Assembly: GCA_913051775.1 (NCBI GenBank)
Contig: CAJXCL010000001.1
Location: 21,936-85,935, forward strand
Direction: 5' to 3'
Length of the DNA: 64,000 bases
Source: an uncultured Nitrospirota bacterium
GTDB lineage: Bacteria > Nitrospinota > Nitrospinia > CAJXCL01
Position 1 is the first letter of the stretch. Every line of letters starts with the position of its first letter. The notes under the pieces are model-generated. The model had not been told where the DNA came from. It saw only the letters and a program-made list of their open reading frames with translations, and did not search any database. Below are positions 58,673 to 64,000 of this stretch, piece by piece. The translations under genes were made by a program, and so were the position numbers.

Positions 58673-60040
58673 ATGTTTAGAAAAACGCAGCACATTCATT
58701 TTGTTGGAATTGGAGGAGCGGGCATGAGCGGCATAGCCGAACTTTTGATTAACTTTGGTTATAACGTAAGTGGTTCTGATATTGCCGTTTCTGAAACAAC
58801 GGAGCGTCTCTCCAGACTTGGAGCTAAAATTTCCATTGGGCATGATGCAAAAAATTTAAATAACGCCGAGGTGTTAGTGATTTCAGCAGCAATTGATCAA
58901 AATAATGTTGAAGTAGTGGAAGCCAGGACGCAAAAAATTCCTGTAATTCCGAGGGCGGAAATGCTGGCGGAATTGATGCGACTTAAATATGGAATTGCAA
59001 TAGGAGGAACACATGGAAAAACCACCACAACCTCAATGGTTTTTGCTGTTCTTGCCGGAGGAAATCTGGATCCTACATCTGTAATCGGTGGAAAACTGGA
59101 AAGCATGGATACCGGAGCAAAACTCGGGAAAGGGGATTTTCTGGTTGCTGAGGCTGATGAAAGTGACGGCTCTTTTTTGAAATTGTCTCCCACTATTGCA
59201 GTTGTAACTTCGTTAGATAACGATCATCTCGAATTTTACACAAACATGGATGAAACAAAATCCGCATTCTTGAAATTTATAAATCATATTCCATTTTACG
59301 GGGTATCAATACTCTGCCTGGATGATGAAAACATTCAAGCACTGATTCCAAAGATAGAAAAACGATTTATTACTTACGGCCTTAAAGGACAGGCTGATTA
59401 TACGGCAAAAAACATCCAGATGTCAGAGGAGATAACCAGTTATTTTGTCGATTATCATAGCAAAAATTTAGGAAAAATTAATATTAAAATGCCGGGAATT
59501 CACAATGTACTAAATTCCTTAGCAGCAGTAGTTGTGGGGCTGGAACTGGATATTCCATTCGAATCCATTGCGCAATCTCAGAGCGAATTTAGCGGGATTG
59601 AAAGACGGTTTCAGATAAAAAGCACTAAAAAGGATGTTTTAGTTGTTGATGATTACGGCCATCATCCAACGGAGATAAAAACAACTTTGAAAACTCTGCG
59701 GGAAATCTACAAAGAAAAAAGGATAATCGTAGTTTTCCAGCCACACCGCTATACGCGGACCCAATTATTATTGAATGATTTTTTTACTTCCTTTTATGAC
59801 GCGGATCTTCTAATTATAGCACCTATTTATCCGGCGAGCGAAAAACCTATAAAGGGGATTAAGTCAAGTCTCATTTGTCAAGGAGTAAAGGATCACGGGC
59901 AAAAAGATGTTCTGCTGTTGGAAGATAAGCAGGAGATAGTCGATTATCTTTTACATAACACAAAAGCCAATGATGTGGTTTTAACACTTGGGGCGGGAGA
60001 TATTTGGAAAGTTGGAAATGAGTTTATCGACACATTATAA
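58673..60040 (+). CDS. murC: UDP-N-acetylmuramate--L-alanine ligase
   Basis: 455 aa. 'VGIGGAGMSGIAE' N-terminal Rossmann. 'GTHGKTTTTSM' P-loop. Confidence 0.9.
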   Translation: MFRKTQHIHFVGIGGAGMSGIAELLINFGYNVSGSDIAVSETTERLSRLGAKISIGHDAKNLNNAEVLVISAAIDQNNVEVVEARTQKIPVIPRAEMLAELMRLKYGIAIGGTHGKTTTTSMVFAVLAGGNLDPTSVIGGKLESMDTGAKLGKGDFLVAEADESDGSFLKLSPTIAVVTSLDNDHLEFYTNMDETKSAFLKFINHIPFYGVSILCLDDENIQALIPKIEKRFITYGLKGQADYTAKNIQMSEEITSYFVDYHSKNLGKINIKMPGIHNVLNSLAAVVVGLELDIPFESIAQSQSEFSGIERRFQIKSTKKDVLVVDDYGHHPTEIKTTLKTLREIYKEKRIIVVFQPHRYTRTQLLLNDFFTSFYDADLLIIAPIYPASEKPIKGIKSSLICQGVKDHGQKDVLLLEDKQEIVDYLLHNTKANDVVLTLGAGDIWKVGNEFIDTL

Positions 60041-60050
60041 AGAAACAGAA

Positions 60051-60983
60051 ATGTTATCTGTGAAACTTATGACTTCAATAAAAGACCTATTGAACGATGT
60101 TGATGGGGAAAAGAGGTATAAAGAACCTCTTTCCCTGCATACTTCATTCAGGGTAGGAGGAAATGCAGATGTTCTCTTCTTCCCGAAAGATGAAGCTTCG
60201 TTAGTTTTGGCGGTGAGAATTTCCAATGAAAACGATGTTCCAATTTTTATTCTTGGAAACGGCTCTAACCTTCTTGTTCGTGATGGCGGAATTCAGGGGA
60301 TGGTAATTTCTTTAAAAAAAATGGAAGGGAATATTGAGATTAATCCAGGAACACACGAAACATTTTTGGTTGTATCTCCTGCGGGAACCTCAATGCCGGC
60401 CCTTGTTCGTTATGCCGTTGATAAAGGTTTGGAAGGTTTAGAAACGCTCATAGGTGTACCGGGTACATTGGGTGGTGCGTTAAAAATGAATGCAGGGGCT
60501 CAAGGAAAAGACATAGGGGATATCTTTCACTCTGTAAGGATGCTGAATATGAAAGGCGAAGTAAAGGAGTTTATGAAAAATGAAGTACGCTTTCATTACA
60601 GGGGAACAGAATTTCCGGAAAAAGGAATTTTCCTGGAGGCAATATTAGAATTGAAAAAAGGTAATAAAGACGCTCTTTCACAAAAGGTGAAGATACTGCT
60701 GGAAAAGAGAAACACCAGTCAGCCGATTACACAAAAAGGGGCCGGTTCAATCTTTAAAAATCCGAAAGGCCATTACGCAGGACAATTAATTGAAGAAGCC
60801 GGGCTGAAAAGCTTCTCTATTGGAGACGCCGAAGTATCTCCTAAACACGCTAATTTTATTATTAATAGAGGTAAAGCAAAAGCGAGAGATATTGAGGAAC
60901 TGATAAAGGTAATACAGGAAAAAGTGATGGTTAAAGCAGGTATATCTTTAAAACCAGAAATCGAAATTGCAGGAGAACGCTAA
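60051..60983 (+). CDS. murB: UDP-N-acetylenolpyruvoylglucosamine reductase
   Basis: FAD-binding 'FRVGGNAD' region and MurB C-terminal 'GSIFKNP...GDAEVSPKHANFIIN'. Start chosen at ATG 60051, just after the murC stop; the track start 59988 overlaps murC by 53 nt. Confidence 0.8.
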   Translation: MLSVKLMTSIKDLLNDVDGEKRYKEPLSLHTSFRVGGNADVLFFPKDEASLVLAVRISNENDVPIFILGNGSNLLVRDGGIQGMVISLKKMEGNIEINPGTHETFLVVSPAGTSMPALVRYAVDKGLEGLETLIGVPGTLGGALKMNAGAQGKDIGDIFHSVRMLNMKGEVKEFMKNEVRFHYRGTEFPEKGIFLEAILELKKGNKDALSQKVKILLEKRNTSQPITQKGAGSIFKNPKGHYAGQLIEEAGLKSFSIGDAEVSPKHANFIINRGKAKARDIEELIKVIQEKVMVKAGISLKPEIEIAGER

Positions 60984-61806
60984 AATTATAAAAAAACGAC
61001 GATATTTAAAGCGATCTCAAGACACAATGCGTTTGTCATTGGAAAAGCGAGAACTGTTTGTAAACGGCGTAAAGCAGATTTTAAAAACTGCTCTCATGTT
61101 GTTTTTTACATTTGCACTAATTTTAAGTGGATATTATCTTTACTACCAAGCTACGACATTGGCTAATTTTCAAATTTCAAATTTTGAAATAAAAGGTAAC
61201 TCTTTTTTAGAAAAGAGCAAGGTAATGCAATTGGCAAAACAAAGCGTTCTTGGACAGAATATCTTTCAAGCAAATATCCAGCTTGTACCAGATCGATTAA
61301 GGGATAATCCATGGATTGAAACGGCTGAAGTCAGCAGAAAAATGCCTGACAGCCTGCAAGTAAAAATTAAAGAACGAATCCCCTTTGCAAAAATTGAAAT
61401 GACTGATGGGAAGACTTTTTTGATAGACAGGAAAGCCTTCCTGATAAAAGAAATTGAAAGTCATGAATACCAGATTCTCCCTGCAATGCAATTAAATGAT
61501 GATACTTATTATGAGATTGGCAATTCTTTACAATCAGAGGAAATAAAAAACTGCATCAAGTTTATTGAAAAAATATTAAGTGTTAAAAACTCGGATCAAG
61601 TTATTAATTTTACTTCATTAACCATGGAAGAAGGGGGTAGGTATACTTTAAAAACACCTTCTACTTCTGTCCGGCTATCCGAAGAAAGTTTGAAGGAAAA
61701 TCTGGACAAGTTGAGGAAAGCATCAAAAATAATTCATCAAGAAGGCTTGAAAATAAAATCCATCGACCTGACATTTGATGATCAGGTTGTTTTAGAACTT
61801 CTGTAA
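60967..61806 (+). CDS. ftsQ: Cell division protein FtsQ/DivIB (POTRA domain)
   Basis: 279 aa. Basic N-terminus, single TM, POTRA-like beta region. Sits between murB and ftsA. An alternative start at 61027 is possible. Confidence 0.7.
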   Translation: MQENAKIIKKRRYLKRSQDTMRLSLEKRELFVNGVKQILKTALMLFFTFALILSGYYLYYQATTLANFQISNFEIKGNSFLEKSKVMQLAKQSVLGQNIFQANIQLVPDRLRDNPWIETAEVSRKMPDSLQVKIKERIPFAKIEMTDGKTFLIDRKAFLIKEIESHEYQILPAMQLNDDTYYEIGNSLQSEEIKNCIKFIEKILSVKNSDQVINFTSLTMEEGGRYTLKTPSTSVRLSEESLKENLDKLRKASKIIHQEGLKIKSIDLTFDDQVVLELL

Positions 61807-61972
61807 GCATTCAGTGGTCAGCTGTAAGAGATCAGGAGTGCAAGTAGAAAAATAAGTTCAGTGTGAAAATATTTTGTATTTTTTAAGGTTTTTCAATTTT
61901 TAAATATTGTATCAGAAAGCTGACGGCTTATGGCTGAACGCTTGCGCTCTATCTTTGTAAGGAGGATTAAAT

Positions 61973-63205
61973 ATGGCAAAGCCGAGTAACGTGATTGCCG
62001 GGCTTGACATTGGTACTACTAAAATTTGCTGCATTATAGGCGAAATAAATGATAAAGGGGAGCTTGATGTTATCGGCATAGGGAGTCACCCTTCCAAAGG
62101 ATTGAGGAAAGGCGTAGTTATAAATATTGAAAGCACTGTAGACTCTATCAAGAGTGCTGTTGAAGAAGCTGAATTAATGTCCGGTTCGGAAATTGATTCT
62201 GTCTATGTTGGAATTGCCGGCGGGCATATAAAAGGTTTTAATAGCCACGGTGTTTTAGCTGTAAAAGATAAAGAAATAGTTGAGGCAGATATAAGCCGAG
62301 TTATAGATGCCGCTAAAGCGGTTGCCATACCCATGGACAGGGAGGTAATACATGTAATTCCACAAGAGTATATTGTGGATGATCAGGATGGCATAAAAAC
62401 TCCCCTTGGAATGTCGGGGGTACGACTTGAAGCTAAAGTCCATATCGTAACTGGTGCGGTTACTTCCGCTCAAAATATAGTAAAAAGCGTAACCAGGGCA
62501 GGGCTTCAGGTAAATGATATTGTTTTGGAACAACTTGCTTCAAGCAAATCGGTTCTGAGTAGTGACGAAAAAGAACTGGGTGTGGCTATGATTGATATTG
62601 GCGGAGGAACTTCCGACCTTGCTATTTTCTTCCAGGAGGCCATCAAACACACTTATGTTCTGGCTATTGGAGGAAATCATGTAACAAATGATATTGCCAT
62701 TGGACTTAGAACCCCCGTATTTGAAGCTGAAAGAATCAAAAAGGAATATGGGTGCGCGCTGACATCCCTTATAAACGGAAATGAAACTATAGAGGTTCCA
62801 TCAGTTGGAGATAGGGAAAACAGAGTTTTGTCTCGCCGTCTCCTGAGTGAAATTATAGAACCAAGATTGGATGAGTTATTTACTTTGGTAAAAATGGAAA
62901 TAGGTCAAAGCGGGCATAAAGATTTAATAACCTCTGGAATTGTCCTCACAGGTGGATCATCAATTTTGAAAGGAATAGTAGAAGCGGCAGAAAAGATTTT
63001 TAAGCTGCCAGTTCGCAGAGGAATGCCTAAATCTATAGGTGGATTAGTCGATGTAGTCAATAGCCCAATGTATGCGACAGCCGTTGGATTACTCTTTTAC
63101 GGCATGGAAAAAATCAAAACAGGAGAAATACCAAACCTGACTGGCACGAAAGTTTTCGATAGGGTTTTTAACCGTATGAAAGAGTGGATAGAGGAGTATT
63201 TTTAG
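61973..63205 (+). CDS. ftsA: Cell division protein FtsA
   Basis: 410 aa. Actin-fold 'IAGLDIGTTKICCI' and 'DIGGGTSD' phosphate motifs. Confidence 0.9.
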   Translation: MAKPSNVIAGLDIGTTKICCIIGEINDKGELDVIGIGSHPSKGLRKGVVINIESTVDSIKSAVEEAELMSGSEIDSVYVGIAGGHIKGFNSHGVLAVKDKEIVEADISRVIDAAKAVAIPMDREVIHVIPQEYIVDDQDGIKTPLGMSGVRLEAKVHIVTGAVTSAQNIVKSVTRAGLQVNDIVLEQLASSKSVLSSDEKELGVAMIDIGGGTSDLAIFFQEAIKHTYVLAIGGNHVTNDIAIGLRTPVFEAERIKKEYGCALTSLINGNETIEVPSVGDRENRVLSRRLLSEIIEPRLDELFTLVKMEIGQSGHKDLITSGIVLTGGSSILKGIVEAAEKIFKLPVRRGMPKSIGGLVDVVNSPMYATAVGLLFYGMEKIKTGEIPNLTGTKVFDRVFNRMKEWIEEYF

Positions 63206-63301
63206 GCTAGTTTTCGGCTGTCAGGAAAAAGAAAGTTGCAATGGACTGATATCTGGAATTTTTAACTATTTTATTAACTTTTTTAAAAGGAGGGAGTATT
63301 T

Positions 63302-64000
63302 ATGATCGAATTGGCAAAAGAAAATACAAGTGGAGCGAACATTAAGGTAATTGGTGTTGGAGGTGGAGGCAGCAACGCCATTGGAACAATGATTGCGTCC
63401 AGGATGAAAGGAGTTGAGTTTATCGTTGCAAATACAGATATTCAGGCATTACAAGCTGTTCCGACTCCCAGCAAACTGCAATTAGGGGTAAACCTCACAA
63501 AAGGCCTTGGCGCTGGTTCTGATCCTGAAATGGGAAGGCAGGCCGCATTAGAAAATTCTGAAGAAATCGGTGGGATGTTTGAAGATGCCGATATGGTTTT
63601 TGTAACTGCTGGGATGGGAGGAGGAACAGGCACGGGAGCAGCTCCTGTTATCGCGCAGCTGGCTAAAGAAAAAGGTGCGTTAACTGTAGGAGTTGTTACT
63701 AAACCGTTTCATTTTGAAGGTAAGAAAAGAATGTCTCAGGCCGAAATGGGGTTAATGGAGTTAAGAAGTTCGGTGGATACATTAATTACTATTCCCAACC
63801 AAAGATTGCTGGGTGTGGTTGGCAGGCATGCCGGAATAGGAGATGCTTTTAAAACGGCTGATAACGTCCTCAAGCAGGCAGTAAAAGGTATCTCGGATTT
63901 AATACTGACACCCGGTCTGATTAACCTTGACTTCGCAGATGTAAAAACAATTATGAGCGTAGGTGGCATGGCCATCATGGGAAGCGGCTCCGCAGAAGGT
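63302..64000 (+). CDS. ftsZ: Cell division protein FtsZ (5' partial, runs off the window)
   Basis: Translation '[30 protein letters not shown]...[13 protein letters not shown]': tubulin signature GGGTGTG. Not in the ORF track because there is no in-window stop. Confidence 0.9.
   Translation, partial: MIELAKENTSGANIKVIGVGGGGSNAIGTMIASRMKGVEFIVANTDIQALQAVPTPSKLQLGVNLTKGLGAGSDPEMGRQAALENSEEIGGMFEDADMVFVTAGMGGGTGTGAAPVIAQLAKEKGALTVGVVTKPFHFEGKKRMSQAEMGLMELRSSVDTLITIPNQRLLGVVGRHAGIGDAFKTADNVLKQAVKGISDLILTPGLINLDFADVKTIMSVGGMAIMGSGSAEG

Overview
This window is a low-GC (~40%) bacterial chromosomal segment. Most of it is housekeeping genes on both strands. Identifiable loci:
- hemW, a phosphomannomutase, acs.
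- msrPQ, cobO/btuR.
- clpS-clpA-aat (N-end-rule pathway).
- hemB.
- A methylcitrate-cycle operon (prpD-prpB-prpC).
- A threonine synthase.
- tRNA-Gln(CUG).
- lnt.
- An E1alpha/E1beta/E2 2-oxo-acid dehydrogenase operon with hbd.
- A DUF35/thiolase pair.
- A near-complete dcw cell-division/cell-wall cluster (mraZ-rsmH-ftsL-ftsI-murE-mraY-murD-ftsW-murG-murC-murB-ftsQ-ftsA-ftsZ) that lacks murF and ddl.

There is no CRISPR array, no rRNA gene, and no intact mobile element.

Several things go beyond routine annotation:
1. A divergent locus (about 29.3-36.6 kb) couples lnt with a SAM methyltransferase, a SPASM radical-SAM enzyme, a GT2 polyprenyl-phosphate glycosyltransferase and a B12-binding radical-SAM enzyme, plus a small membrane protein and a lipoprotein.
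2. An operon encodes an unusual fusion of two complete CDP-alcohol phosphatidyltransferase domains.
3. Several families of short dispersed intergenic repeats occur; two of them show compensatory base changes in predicted hairpins.
4. One of those repeats sits inside the dcw cluster, and a related ~145-nt element precedes the tRNA.

All functional calls rest on motifs read directly from the translations. None were checked by database search.
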